A stretch of 63,195 bases of DNA, filler included, from Syncephalis fuscata S228 (Eukaryota; Fungi; Zoopagomycota), in the NCBI GenBank assembly GCA_025786725.1. It is 2 parts of 2 records of this genome, joined end to end, with 100 filler letters (N's around TTAATTAATTAA, not from the genome) between each part and the next. Parts side by side here need not be neighbours in the genome. Positions count along the whole stretch, not along the records: positions 31,725 to 63,195 come from JAHLTZ010000085.1; 1 more part is not named here. One strand, written 5' to 3'. The notes beneath the pieces are model-generated. The model saw nothing but the letters and a program-made list of their open reading frames with translations, had not been told where the DNA came from and ran no database searches. Shown in pieces: positions 38,746 to 54,119 of the stretch (position 1 is the first letter of the stretch; every line of letters begins with the position of its first letter). Position numbers and translations under genes: made by a program.

Positions 38746-39666
38746 TTAGTATGCACTAATCGAGAAATATATTAGTAAAAATGTATTTGGAATAAAAATA
38801 ACTTACCTGCGTGGTGGAATGTATGGAGCTGGGATGGGTTTGTGCTCATCATCGCAGTCTTCGGGACGACGACCACCGTGAGCTGGTTTGTCGTGGTGGT
38901 CGTTGCCGTGGCCCATGCCTGGTTTGCCGTGGTTGCCGTAGTCGCGGTCGTGGTCACGACCACCGGCCGGCTTGGCTGAGTAGTCGTTGTAGCCACGCTT
39001 GGTGACATACACTGGCTTGTGCTCATCATCGCAGTCTTCGGGACGACGGCCACCGTGAGCTGGTTTGTCGTGGTGATCGTTGCCGTGACCCATGCCTGGC
39101 TTGCTGTGGTTGTCGTAGTCGCGGCCGTGGTCGTGGCCACCAGCTGGCTTTTGACTATGCTCGTCATCGCAGTCTTCAGGACGATTGCCATGAGCTGGCT
39201 TGGCCGAGTAGTCGTTGTAGCCACGCTTGGTGACATACACTGGCTTGTGCTCATCATCGCAGTCTTCAGGACGACGGCCACCGTGAGCTGGTTTGTCATG
39301 GTGGTCGTTGCCGTGACCCATGCCTGGCTTGCCGTGGTTGTCGTAGTCGCGGTCGTGGTCACGTCCACCGGCTGGCTTGGCCGAGTAGTCGTTGTAGCCA
39401 CGCTTGGTAATATATGCTGGCTTGTGATCGTCGTCACAGTCCTCAGGGCGACGGCCACCATAAGCTGGCTTGCCATAACGCTCGTGGTCACGGTTGTTCA
39501 TTTCACGTCCATGGCCAAATTCTGGTCGTTGGTGATTAGCCATTGGTGTAGTGTATGTTGCGGGAGCTCCATAGCTGTTGTAGGTTGGCAGAGCGGCTGT
39601 TGTATCGATGCGGGCCAGCGCAGCGACCAAGAAGCAGGCAAAAGTCAAAGAAGAATAAGCACGCAT
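38746..39666 (-). CDS. Same Kex2 repeat protein, copy 2
   Basis: Inverted near-identical copy. Confidence 0.88.
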
Positions 39667-42600
39667 ACTGAAAATAATATTTATAATGCCAAAAGTATTG
39701 TGCAATAGATACCGAACAAATATATAAACGATTAGTATAACAACTAAGTGCAGAACTGAGTGAGTGTGCTAGAGAGCAGTTGGTAGCTTATGTGATGATA
39801 TTGTGGAGTAGAACGTCGTCGTCCAACACATCTTTTATACTAATCGACTGGCCATAGTCCAACTCGGAAAACGGTATTTACACGAAAGCAATAAACTGTG
39901 CATAATACGGAACCACTCATTGTGGTAAAAAATACAGTCGTGCATAATTCGGCCAATGTAGCATTCTATTCGGTACGACAGCCATGTACAGTTAGACCTT
40001 GCAATGGTTCGTTCGCGATTAAGTCGCCTTGTGAAACAATTGTCGCTTACTATAATGCCTTTGTAGCAGAAAATCCTCACATGCATTGCGTGCAGCTTTG
40101 TTCCATAAATAACTTGCTATACGATAGCGATACTCTGCAGCTACCAGCCGACATAAGCCAATGACCACCAGCAGTAGATTATGCATGGATTAAGTCACAT
40201 GGGTGCTGTCACGGTAAAATATACTGTTTCACGTTGAATTGTACGTCAACCATTCACGCGTCGGTCGTACTTGAAACTAGATCCTTTAAGTCGAAAGACA
40301 GGCTGATACATGTTTATTTTTGCCATGTAAATACTGGGTTGTATATCAATAGCTTTACAAAAAATATAGTATGCAATACAGGTTTTCTGCACAATATTTG
40401 ACGTGCATCAATGCATAACATATGCAAAATGCAAGCGTGTCTACTGCTTTTGGCTGTTGCTCCACGTTAACACTAATAACAAGTCTAAGCTGATGGCCTG
40501 TGCTGAATAAATATTGATTTTATTTATAAGCCAATAAGTATTATATTGGTTAAATTGGTATTATAAAATACAATTAAACACGTTACTAATTTTACGTGAT
40601 GTTTACACTTAGTCTTCCGTCTTATCAATCACATGGTACTGTAAAACTGCCAAGAAGTATGGACATCACTATTTCATGCATGCTATTTTGGTTGTAAATG
40701 TCGCGCATATCAGCACATGCAGAATGGTAAACGTGTGAAATTTTTTGCACGTCAAAATAGAAGCAACAGTACATAGAATTCACCACTAAGCAAAAGTTAC
40801 GGAATAACAAGAAGTAACACTATTGTCACCGTATGGCGTCAAATCTTGCAGCTGTAGCCATCAGTCTTGTTTGTTGCATCAAATGTAGTCAATATGGCGA
40901 ACCTCAATAAGAGGTTAAATTAAGTAATAACAACTAACAATTCAACTATAAATTATTTATTATCTAAATAAAGCTATCAAACAGCTGTTCATTGTTATAA
41001 GCAAAGAGCTAACAAAAACATTAAAGTCAAATATTGGAGCTTTAATCTTTGCCTGACTAAACCCCCCCCCCACCACAAACCCAACCAGTCGGTAACGGCC
41101 AGCTGCCAAACCAAATAATTTACTGATTTGGCAGCCAGATTCACCTATCACACCAACAATGGCAATGTAGATTACTACTATTGCTATTAAAATAATAACA
41201 CTATTATAACGACAAGTATTTAGGCGTCATATCTTTGCAATAGTTGTTTTTTGTTAGTAATTAGTGTTGACATTTGATAGATAGATAGATATTATTATTG
41301 TAATTGTTCACCTGTGATTGTTTTGATAATATGATAGTTTTTTAGGCGTGCTAGCACAGCAGTATGGCCATAATATTGGAATGTAAGAATATGGCATTGT
41401 AAAAACGTAATATCTTTACTTGTATTAGCTTAAAATGCTAATAAAACGCTATTTATAAGTTTAAAAACGAAAATGCTGATTGGATGCTGTGAAATTATGC
41501 AGCGATATTAAAAAGTGATTCTAGTGTAATTAGATGGTAAAAGACAATAGCGGAGCTAATAATTAATTAATTAATAAGCGTTACTAAGATTATTTATGAT
41601 TTTGCGTAAAATGAGACTGATTGCTTGACATTTTGTACAAGCATGCATATAGCATACATGGAACTATCGACAAAATATATTGCAATTGTATTGCTTTATG
41701 GGACAATGAGTGTGCTAATGCGTTAATAAATGTGCAAAATAGCAGGCTTTTACTGTTTATGGCTTGTATAACTAAAATATAGCAAAACGATTGCCGGATT
41801 CAAGTTCTCCATGCTTAAATAAACCGTTTATTATGGCTTGTAGAATAATGATTTTTGCAACAAAAGTTGGCCAAAAATACGATTATGCGATATAAACTAA
41901 CAAAGCTTTACGTTATACATATGTGTATACGACATAAATTGTCATTGTATATCAGTATTTCTGCATAATAGCAAGCCATTATGCTCGCTTTAGCGCTTTA
42001 GAGCGCTTGGATTTATCTTATACCAAATTTCGTTTAATATTGAGATTTTAAATCATAAGTTTAGTTGCTTTTTTGTTAGCTATTTACACGTAAATTGTTT
42101 TTTGGCTAACATTTATTGCAAAAATCGCTGTTCTATATTTTATACCAGACGCAGCACCTAAACATAAAAAACTTGAATCCGGCAATCGTTTTGCTATATT
42201 TTAGTTATACAAGCCATAAACAGTAAAAGCCTGCTATTTTACGCATTTATTAACGCATTATTGCACACTCATTGTCCCATAAAGCAATACAATTGCAATA
42301 TATTTTGTCGATAGTTCCATGTATGCTATATGCATGCTTGTACAAAATGTCAAGCAATCAGTCTCATTTTACGCAAAATCATAAATAATCTTAGTAACGC
42401 TTATTAATTAATTAATTATTAGCTCCGCTATTGTCTTTACCATCTAATTACACTAGAATCACTTTTTAATATCGCTGCATAATTTCACACATCCAATCAG
42501 CATTTTCGTTTTTAAACTTATAAATAGCGTTTTATTAGCATTTTAAGCTAATACAAGTAAAGATATTACGTTTTACAATGCCATATTCTTACATTCCAAT

Positions 42601-44306
42601 ATTATGGCCATACTGCTGTGCTAGCACGCCTAAAAACTATCATATTATCAAAACAATCACAGGTGAACAATTACAATAATAATATCTATCTATCTATCAA
42701 ATGTCAACACTAATTACTAACAAAAAACAACTATTGCAAAGATATGACGCCTAAATACTTGTCGTTATAATAGTGTTATTATTTTATAGCAATAGTAGTA
42801 ATCTACATTGCCATTGTTGGTGTGATAGGTGAATCTGGCTGCCAAATCAGTAAATTATTTGGTTTGGCAGCTGGCCGTTACCGACTGGTTGGGTTTGTGG
42901 TGGGGGGGGGGTTTAGTCAGGCAAAGATTAAAGCTCCAATATTTGACTTTAATGTTTTTGTTAGCTCTTTGCTTATAACAATGAACAGCTGTTTGATAGC
43001 TTTATTTAGATAATAAATAATTTATAGTTGAATTGTTAGTTGTTATTACTTAATTTAACCTCTTATTGAGGTTCGCCATATTGACTACATTTGATGCAAC
43101 AAACAAGACTGATGGCTACAGCTGCAAGATTTGACGCCATACGGTGACAATAGTGTTACTTCTTGTTATTCCGTAACTTTTGCTTAGTGGTGAATTCTAT
43201 GTACTGTTGCTTCTATTTTGACGTGCAAAAAATTTCACACGTTTACCATTCTGCATGTGCTGATATGCGCGACATTTACAACCAAAATAGCATGCATGAA
43301 ATAGTGATGTCCATACTTCTTGGCAGTTTTACAGTACCATGTGATTGATAAGACGGAAGACTAAGTGTAAACATCACGTAAAATTAGTAACGTGTTTAAT
43401 TGTATTTTATAATACCAATTTAACCAATATAATACTTATTGGCTTATAAATAAAATCAATATTTATTCAGCACAGGCCATCAGCTTAGACTTGTTATTAG
43501 TGTTAACGTGGAGCAACAGCCAAAAGCAGTAGACACGCTTGCATTTTGCATATGTTATGCATTGATGCACGTCAAATATTGTGCAGAAAACCTGTATTGC
43601 ATACTATATTTTTTGTAAAGCTATTGATATACAACCCAGTATTTACATGGCAAAAATAAACATGTATCAGCCTGTCTTTCGACTTAAAGGATCTAGTTTC
43701 AAGTACGACCGACGCGTGAATGGTTGACGTACAATTCAACGTGAAACAGTATATTTTACCGTGACAGCACCCATGTGACTTAATCCATGCATAATCTACT
43801 GCTGGTGGTCATTGGCTTATGTCGGCTGGTAGCTGCAGAGTATCGCTATCGTATAGCAAGTTATTTATGGAACAAAGCTGCACGCAATGCATGTGAGGAT
43901 TTTCTGCTACAAAGGCATTATAGTAAGCGACAATTGTTTCACAAGGCGACTTAATCGCGAACGAACCATTGCAAGGTCTAACTGTACATGGCTGTCGTAC
44001 CGAATAGAATGCTACATTGGCCGAATTATGCACGACTGTATTTTTTACCACAATGAGTGGTTCCGTATTATGCACAGTTTATTGCTTTCGTGTAAATACC
44101 GTTTTCCGAGTTGGACTATGGCCAGTCGATTAGTATAAAAGATGTGTTGGACGACGACGTTCTACTCCACAATATCATCACATAAGCTACCAACTGCTCT
44201 CTAGCACACTCACTCAGTTCTGCACTTAGTTGTTATACTAATCGTTTATATATTTGTTCGGTATCTATTGCACAATACTTTTGGCATTATAAATATTATT
44301 TTCAGT

Positions 44307-45227
44307 ATGCGTGCTTATTCTTCTTTGACTTTTGCCTGCTTCTTGGTCGCTGCGCTGGCCCGCATCGATACAACAGCCGCTCTGCCAACCTACAACAGCT
44401 ATGGAGCTCCCGCAACATACACTACACCAATGGCTAATCACCAACGACCAGAATTTGGCCATGGACGTGAAATGAACAACCGTGACCACGAGCGTTATGG
44501 CAAGCCAGCTTATGGTGGCCGTCGCCCTGAGGACTGTGACGACGATCACAAGCCAGCATATATTACCAAGCGTGGCTACAACGACTACTCGGCCAAGCCA
44601 GCCGGTGGACGTGACCACGACCGCGACTACGACAACCACGGCAAGCCAGGCATGGGTCACGGCAACGACCACCATGACAAACCAGCTCACGGTGGCCGTC
44701 GTCCTGAAGACTGCGATGATGAGCACAAGCCAGTGTATGTCACCAAGCGTGGCTACAACGACTACTCGGCCAAGCCAGCTCATGGCAATCGTCCTGAAGA
44801 CTGCGATGACGAGCATAGTCAAAAGCCAGCTGGTGGCCACGACCACGGCCGCGACTACGACAACCACAGCAAGCCAGGCATGGGTCACGGCAACGATCAC
44901 CACGACAAACCAGCTCACGGTGGCCGTCGTCCCGAAGACTGCGATGATGAGCACAAGCCAGTGTATGTCACCAAGCGTGGCTACAACGACTACTCAGCCA
45001 AGCCGGCCGGTGGTCGTGACCACGACCGCGACTACGGCAACCACGGCAAACCAGGCATGGGCCACGGCAACGACCACCACGACAAACCAGCTCACGGTGG
45101 TCGTCGTCCCGAAGACTGCGATGATGAGCACAAACCCATCCCAGCTCCATACATTCCACCACGCAGGTAAGTTATTTTTATTCCAAATACATTTTTACTA
45201 ATATATTTCTCGATTAGTGCATACTAA
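44307..45227 (+). CDS. Same Kex2 repeat protein, copy 3
   Basis: Same protein sequence as copy 2. Confidence 0.88.
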
Positions 45228-48200
45228 ATAACTGCTAAACTTTAGTTTGTTGGCATTCAATTGGTGGATATATAGACGTCCAATCTTTATACTTAAAGAT
45301 TAGCTCAATGTTTTCACATTGCTTACAAAAATAAAACAGCTTTAATTAAAACAACAACTTGGTTTACTTGTCTTTACAGTATTAAAATGTGGTATTTTTT
45401 TAATAAATTACAATGACACTACAAATACGATAGTAATTATAAGCATATACAAGTGCGCAAAATATAAGTTAAAAGATTATATATATTATTAATAATAAAA
45501 AGCAATCAGCTGCGTAGCTATTTTTGCATAAGTATAAAGTAACGCCTGAATATAGTAAAATTTGTGTAGTTATGGCTCTTGAACGTAAGAAAATTAAATA
45601 ATTTGTCCATATTTGGTAATCATAAACCACTAAATTTTTCCACGTTCAATGACCATAAAATATATTTTGAAATTGGGCAGTACACGACATTAGAGTCTAA
45701 ATAATCACTATCATAGATTTATTATCCAGCACGCATATATCCTCTACCCACATATATCATTTTATTGCATAATTTTATGATCTACTGGCCACATTTATTC
45801 ATTATATTACAACACAATTTGCCTATTCTATCCATTAAGTCGTGGGTGTTATAGCTTTGCTTCCGTTATTCATAGACATTTTATTACGCTTTTATTTTAA
45901 TATATGCTATGCTTAAAAAAATTATATTTAAACTTGTTTTTTATTCTATTTTTACTTTATTATCAGCAAGCTGCAATTTATTTTGCTCACGCATATATGT
46001 ATTATAGTTTCAACAATACAGTTTGTATTTTTTTATTTTATGTTTATTTTAAACTGTATTACTTTATTGTACATTAATTACACACTATCCACTAAGTTTC
46101 TTAATAGATATTTTTATAAGTTGTAAGTGAAACTGAATGGCGGTCAAATATGCATCAATTATATATTATATATCATGTGTAGTTAGTGATTTGATACTGA
46201 CAAACAGCAAATGATATTATACATCAGCTAATTATAAAATAATCACATACTATTGCTGAACGTGTTAATAAAATTTTATATTAATGAACATAATGCATGC
46301 TATATTTTATTCAACATTATTTTACACCACGTGTATACTGCAAATGTAAAATTTATGTAATCATTATGCATTTATATCACGTAGGCATAAAATTATGTTG
46401 AATATTTGGTAATACTTTGTAGTTAACGTGCAACTTTGTTTAAAACGTCATTAACTTTACAAAAATGCTAGTCGTACATAGTTGCGTGCTAAATTGGCAT
46501 GCTTTTTTAAATAAAACTCAAAGATGAAAATAGCTGTAATACTGATTTACATGCATAAAAATAGCACATTTTAAAGCTATCGTCTTGATTTCAATCTTTA
46601 ATAAGCATGTGCGGTTATTGGGAATATGTATGCCACAGAATTCATTAGTATAAATTAAAAATCATTGGGGCAGTATAAAGTAGATCAACTTTATATAATA
46701 TATCGGCCAATTTCTTAAGACTTTATTCGTATTCAACTACCTTTCGTTCGTAGCATCTATTTTTTCGGCTGTTTCAAGACCAATAACTACTGCTTCCTAA
46801 AGCCAATTATTAGTAATTTAAATTAACATTTATCATTTAAGCTTAGTTGTAGTGATGAATTATTACAATAGATTATACATAAATGTACCGCAAGTGCTGG
46901 ATTTAATAGTGCTTTCAGACTAGTTAACCAGCCAACACGGCATGCTATCACACCAGCATCTTACTGGCACTGCCTACCATAATAGATCAGTTCCAAAACT
47001 TGAGCATTATAGCTATACGTTTATGGACGAGTAATTTTAAAGTCAAGCTGGTCATACTATAGATTAAACAATAATAGATATAATATAATGGTAGTTAATT
47101 TATTTATGTTTAATATCATAGCATCCATTCATTGCAATATTCAGCTATAATTTACAATCTATTAGATGACAAATAAACCAAATCTCATAGCACAAACCAA
47201 ATATTGCTCAAAATACAGTTCAAAATAATTACTTTAATTTTATACAAATATTGTTATTATTATTATTAAACTTTATCTCATTGTGTTAATTTAAATATCC
47301 AGCTAGGATTAAGATATATCTAATTAAGTAATTAGATTATTAGTTTTAATAATTATTTTAACAATACATTATTTTATTAATACCAGCTACTACTATAGCC
47401 TCATCCTCCATATTAATTGGCCGCTTTAATAACGGTGCATAGGCAGTGGCCATGTCTAAGCATTTATTTATTCGCATATTTTATACATTCTAAATTATCC
47501 ATTATTATAGTTGCTATGAACCTGCTGCGTATAAATACAATCTTTTGGTACAAAATATTGATTACAAGGGTCATTGCTAACAGCTTAAATTGCCGCTTGT
47601 TTACTAACATTGGGTCTTGAAAGATAATAATAATTTATAACACCCACGACTTAATGGATAGAATAGGCAAATTGTGTTGTAATATAATGAATAAATGTGG
47701 CCAGTAGATCATAAAATTATGCAATAAAATGATATATGTGGGTAGAGGATATATGCGTGCTGGATAATAAATCTATGATAGTGATTATTTAGACTCTAAT
47801 GTCGTGTACTGCCCAATTTCAAAATATATTTATGGTCATTGAACGTGGAAAAATTAGTGGTTTATGATACCAATATGGACAAATTATTTAATTTGCTTAC
47901 GTTCAAGAGCCATAACTACACAAATTTTACTATATTCAGGCGTTACTTTATACTTATGCAAAAATAGCTACGCAGCTGATTGCTTTTATTATTAATAATA
48001 TATATAATCTTTTAACTTATATTTGCGCACTTGTATATGCTATAATTACTATCGTATTTGTAGTGTCATTGTAATTTATTAAAAAATACCACATTTTAAT
48101 ACTGTAAAGACAAGTAAACCAAGTTGTTGTTTTAATTAAAGCTGTTTTATTTTGTAAGCAATGTGAAAACATTGAGCTAATCTTTAAGTATAAAGATTGG

Positions 48201-48252
48201 ACGTCTATATATCCACCAATTGAATGCCAACAAACTAAAGTTTAGCAGTTAT

Positions 48253-49169
48253 TTAGTATGCACTAATCGAGAAATATATTAGTAAAATGTATTTGGAATA
48301 AAATAACTTACCTGCGTGGTGGAATGTATGGAGCTGGGATGGGTTTGTGCTCATCATCGCAGTCTTCGGGACGACGACCACCGTGAGCTGGTTTCGTGGT
48401 GGTCGTTGCCTTGGCCCATGCCTGGTTTGCCGTGGTTGCCGTAGTCGCGGTCGTGGTCACGACCACCGGCCGGCTTGGCTGAGTAGTCGTTGTAGCCACG
48501 CTTGGTGACATACACTGGCTTGTGCTCATCATCGCAGTCTTCGGGACGACGGCCACCGTGAGCTGGTTTGTCGTGGTGATCGTTGCCGTGACCCATGCCT
48601 GGCTTGCTGTGGTTGTCGTAGTCGCGGCCGTGGTCGTGGCCACCAGCTGGCTTTTGACTATGCTCGTCATCGCAGTCTTCAGGACGATTGCCATGAGCTG
48701 GCTTGGCCGAGTAGTCGTTGTAGCCACGCTTGGTGACATACACTGGCTTGTGCTCATCATCGCAGTCTTCAGGACGACGGCCACCGTGAGCTGGTTTGTC
48801 ATGGTGGTCGTTGCCGTGACCCATGCCTGGCTTGCCGTGGTTGTCGTAGTCGCGGTCGTGGTCACGTCCACCGGCTGGCTTGGCCGAGTAGTCGTTGTAG
48901 CCACGCTTGGTAATATATGCTGGCTTGTGATCGTCGTCACAGTCCTCAGGGCGACGGCCACCATAAGCTGGCTTGCCATAACGCTCGTGGTCACGGTTGT
49001 TCATTTCACGTCCATGGCCAAATTCTGGTCGTTGGTGATTAGCCATTGGTGTAGTGTATGTTGCGGGAGCTCCATAGCTGTTGTAGGTTGGCAGAGCGGC
49101 TGTTGTATCGATGCGGGCCAGCGCAGCGACCAAGAAGCAGGCAAAAGTCAAAGAAGAATAAGCACGCAT
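48253..49169 (-). CDS. Same Kex2 repeat protein, copy 4 (2-nt deletion near 48395, probably a sequence error)
   Basis: GGTTTCGTGG versus GGTTTGTCGTGG; the neighbouring DNA has many 1-nt homopolymer losses. Confidence 0.8.
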
Positions 49170-52100
49170 ACTGAAAATAATATTTATAATGCCAAAAGTA
49201 TTGTGCAATAGATACCGAACAAATATATAAACGATTAGTATAACAACTAAGTGCAGAACTGAGTGAGTGTGCTAGAGAGCAGTTGGTAGCTTATGTGATG
49301 ATATTGTGGAGTAGAACGTCGTCGTCCAACACATCTTTTATACTAATCGACTGGCCATAGTCCAACTCGGAAAACGGTATTTACACGAAAGCAATAAACT
49401 GTGCATAATACGGAACCACTCATTGTGGTAAAAAATACAGTCGTGCATAATTCGGCCAATGTAGCATTCTATTCGGTACGACAGCCATGTACAGTTAGAC
49501 CTTGCAATGGTTCGTTCGCGATTAAGTCGCCTTGTGAAACAATTGTCGCTTACTATAATGCCTTTGTAGCAGAAAATCCTCACATGCATTGCGTGCAGCT
49601 TTGTTCCATAAATAACTTGCTATACGATAGCGATACTCTGCAGCTACCAGCCGACATAAGCCAATGACCACCAGCAGTAGATTATGCATGGATTAAGTCA
49701 CATGGGTGCTGTCACGGTAAAATATACTGTTTCACGTTGAATTGTACGTCAACCATTCACGCGTCGGTCGTACTTGAAACTAGATCCTTTAAGTCGAAAG
49801 ACAGGCTGATACATGTTTATTTTTGCCATGTAAATACTGGGTTGTATATCAATAGCTTTACAAAAAATATAGTATGCAATACAGGTTTTCTGCACAATAT
49901 TTGACGTGCATCAATGCATAACATATGCAAAATGCAAGCGTGTCTACTGCTTTTGGCTGTTGCTCCACGTTAACACTAATAACAAGTCTAAGCTGATGGC
50001 CTGTGCTGAATAAATATTGATTTATTTATAAGCCAATAAGTATTATATTGGTTAAATTGGTATTATAAAATACAATTAAACACGTTACTAATTTTACGTG
50101 ATGTTTACACTTAGTCTTCCGTCTTATCAATCACATGGTACTGTAAAACTGCCAAGAAGTATGGACATCACTATTTCATGCATGCTATTTTGGTTGTAAA
50201 TGTCGCGCATATCAGCACATGCAGAATGGTAAACGTGTGAAATTTTTTGCACGTCAAAATAGAAGCAACAGTACATAGAATTCACCACTAAGCAAAAGTT
50301 ACGGAATAACAAGAAGTAACACTATTGTCACCGTATGGCGTCAAATCTTGCAGCTGTAGCCATCAGTCTTGTTTGTTGCATCAAATGTAGTCAATATGGC
50401 GAACCTCAATAAGAGGTTAAATTAAGTAATAACAACTAACAATTCAACTATAAATTATTTATTATCTAAATAAAGCTATCAAACAGCTGTTCATTGTTAT
50501 AAGCAAAGAGCTAACAAAAACATTAAAGTCAAATATTGGAGCTTTAATCTTTGCCTGACTAAACCCCCCCCCACCACAAACCCAACCAGTCGGTAACGGC
50601 CAGCTGCCAAACCAAATAATTTACTGATTTGGCAGCCAGATTCACCTATCACACCAACAATGGCAATGTAGATTACTACTATTGCTATTAAAATAATAAC
50701 ACTATTATAACGACAAGTATTTAGGCGTCATATCTTTGCAATAGTTGTTTTTTGTTAGTAATTAGTGTTGACATTTGATAGATAGATAGATATTATTATT
50801 GTAATTGTTCACCTGTGATTGTTTTTGATAATATGATAGTTTTTTAGGCGTGCTAGCACAGCAGTATGGCCATAATATTGGAATGTAAGAATATGGCATT
50901 GTAAAAACGTAATATCTTTACTTGTATTAGCTTAAAATGCTAATAAAACGCTATTTATAAGTTTAAAAACGAAAATGCTGATTGGATGCTGTGAAATTAT
51001 GCAGCGATATTAAAAAGTGATTCTAGTGTAATTAGATGGTAAAAGACAATAGCGGAGCTAATAATTAATTAATTAATAAGCGTTACTAAGATTATTTATG
51101 ATTTTGCGTAAAATGAGACTGATTGCTTGACATTTTGTACAAGCATGCATATAGCATACATGGAACTATCGACAAAATATATTGCAATTGTATTGCTTTA
51201 TGGGACAATGAGTGTGCTAATGCGTTAATAAATGTGCAAAATAGCAGGCTTTTACTGTTTATGGCTTGTATAACTAAAATATAGCAAAACGATTGCTGGA
51301 TTCAAGTTCTCCATGCTTAAATAAACCGTTTATTATGGCTTGTAGAATAATGATTTTTGCAACAAAAGTTGGCCAAAAATACGATTTATGCGATATAAAC
51401 TAACGAAGCTTTACGTTATACATATGTGTATACGACATAAATTGTCATTGTATATCAGTATTTCTGCATAATAGCAAGCCATTATGCTCGCTTTAGCGCT
51501 TTAGAGCGCTTGGATTTATCTTATACCAAATTTCGTTTAATATTGAGATTTTAAATCATAAGTTTAGTTGCTTTTTTGTTAGCTATTTACACGTAAATTG
51601 TTTTTTGGCTAACATTTATTGCAAAAATCGCTGTTCTATATTTTATACCAGACGCAGCACCTAAACATAAAAAACTTGAATCCGGCAATCGTTTTGCTAT
51701 ATTTTAGTTATACAAGCCATAAACAGTAAAAGCCTGCTATTTTTACGCATTTATTAACGCATTATTGCAATAACTACATAACCACACAATGTAATTATGA
51801 TATATTTTGCCAATAGCTATCCATATATTATACGCTGCTACAGATGCACTAATAACTATATTAATTATATCAAAAAATCTAAAAGGTATTAAATACACAT
51901 TAATATCACGTGGCCAGATATAATTATAAATACCGTTGATAAGTTACATGATTGATTGTTCCAACATGAGCTATCGAGCGTATGGCATATCCGATACATA
52001 TAGTCCAATGAAGTTACCAATATACGTGCGAATATTCGTAAGTATATAGCGGCATTAACTATTTCTAAGTATAGTCCACAGCATCAATAATACAAATGAT

Positions 52101-54119
52101 CTTTGAACCAATCTGCTATTCAACTTATAAGTCAGTCATATGAACTGATAAGCGCCACATGAATGAAAAAAACGTTCAATTTTATTAAACAATATTTAAT
52201 GTACACGCAGCATTTCAGCATAAATATGCGAATATTTTTATCATTCAAATAAAATATCATCAGTTACCTCATTTTATTTTTTCTAGTTTTAGCTACAAAC
52301 ATTATTCAGTTTATTGTTGTCAAACTGCAGTAGTCGCTAACTGCCAAAGAATCATTGTGGTTTACTTAGTCGTTACAAGTAATAAACTAAGTAGTTTTTA
52401 TTAACAATTGATCATTGGGAGACTGAGGAGACGCAATCGTGTAGGAAAATACGCTACGAGTAGCAATAATAATAATAAATTCATCAGTTATTTTTATGAA
52501 CAAATTGTGTAAATAATTTAAATAGTTTATAATGCTATAATATAAATAATCATTAATAAATTACTGAGCATAATAAAAATAATCATTAGTTATAAATAAA
52601 CGTTTATCTATTAATATGTTGGTATATTATAAAACATATTATAATTAATGGATGTAATAAAGTAGTTTATATCTAGTTACTTGGTATTATTATCATGTAT
52701 ATTAAATTTAACAATAGTAAACAATGTATAATGGATAAAGAATAAGCTTTATTTAATATAATTGTGTAAAATCATACATAAAGTTTACGGATATTAAATT
52801 AAAGTAACCGTGGGAAAATAGTTGTGTAAATATTTTTTTACGATTATTTTTTTGTAATGAATGACTATTCGTTACACTAAATGCTATATACATGCTTGCT
52901 GCATAATGGATAAATGTAAACTTGCGTATAACTATTTAAATTTAGCATAATTAATTATCTATGCAATTAAATTGTTTTAGTTTTATTAAATAATAAATAT
53001 TAATTTACTTTTACGTCAATTTTATTATTACAACACAACTAATAATTATAATAATTATAATGGATTTATTTACGCTGAATGACTCTGGACTAACCATAAT
53101 TATAACAAATACAAACTAGAACATTAGACAACATTATAGTTGCTATATCAACGTATAAAATGTATATTGTATTCAAGTGTAAAATTTGTAATAATATACG
53201 GAATCACAATGTGATGACAGCCAAAACATACATTATAATGTGATAAATTTACTAAATAATAATAAAATAATGCTGGCATAAAGACTGTTTTTTTTATTAA
53301 AATACAAGCAATCATGCGCGTATTTATATTGAGCACATGCTACCCATGTGCCCTGAATATAGAAATTTTGTGTACCTTTTAAGGCTTAGTAGTCAGTCGG
53401 ACTTTTGGTCCAGCACAAGACAATATTTTCACGTACCGATCAATATCACTTTCGAGATTGATATCTTCTTCGCATCCTTTTAGAATAGTCGTTTTCTATT
53501 TTTAAAATACAAAAGCTGTTGTGGCACGTTTGTAAAAATAGGACTATTTATCTACACGATAAAGTAAAAAGATAGAGGTGGTTGAATCTTGCCTTTTGCT
53601 TGTAATGTGTTGGGCAACTATGACTATTATTTTATCTGCGGGCACGTGGACATACTGCTTAAATAGGCAATGCCTAAAAAGCAAAAAATAGCGGATATTC
53701 AACTGCCGTCACTTAGTTAAAGCAATTTCAGTGTTCTATTCAAAGCAATAAAGCCAATTCGGGCGATCGCACGTGTGCTCTCCATTTTTGATGAAGTAAA
53801 TGAATAAAACCATATTAGTGAACATAATGGATAGTGGCTTCTAGCCCCACAGCTTTTCTTGATTCTTTTGTTTCCTAACGCAATTTGACGTCTCATTGTA
53901 TACGAAACCATACACGCTAACCGTGTTAACGAAACCGCGATATCATTAAATTCTACATTTCTGCGTTCTTAGTAATTATAACAAATTTTACGCATTTATC
54001 TGCCATTGTATGCGATCTTTACTAGCTAGTTTTAAGTGACTGGGTGTATATGTGCGTTGACGCTTATTTCAGACCGCTTATGTACTTGCGGATAGAGCAT
54101 ATACACACTGCTGCCAACG

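Larger units (their letters stand above)
32099..51768. repeat. ~19.7-kb amplicon: four ~3.69-kb arms in alternating orientation (32650-36335 +, 38120-41806 -, 42170-45853 +, 47636-51308 -), spacer S1 (~1.78 kb, x2) and spacer S2 (~0.36 kb, x3)
   Basis: Near-identical sequence with a 9517-bp offset between same-strand gene copies. Mirror ORFs are visible in the track. Confidence 0.95.
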
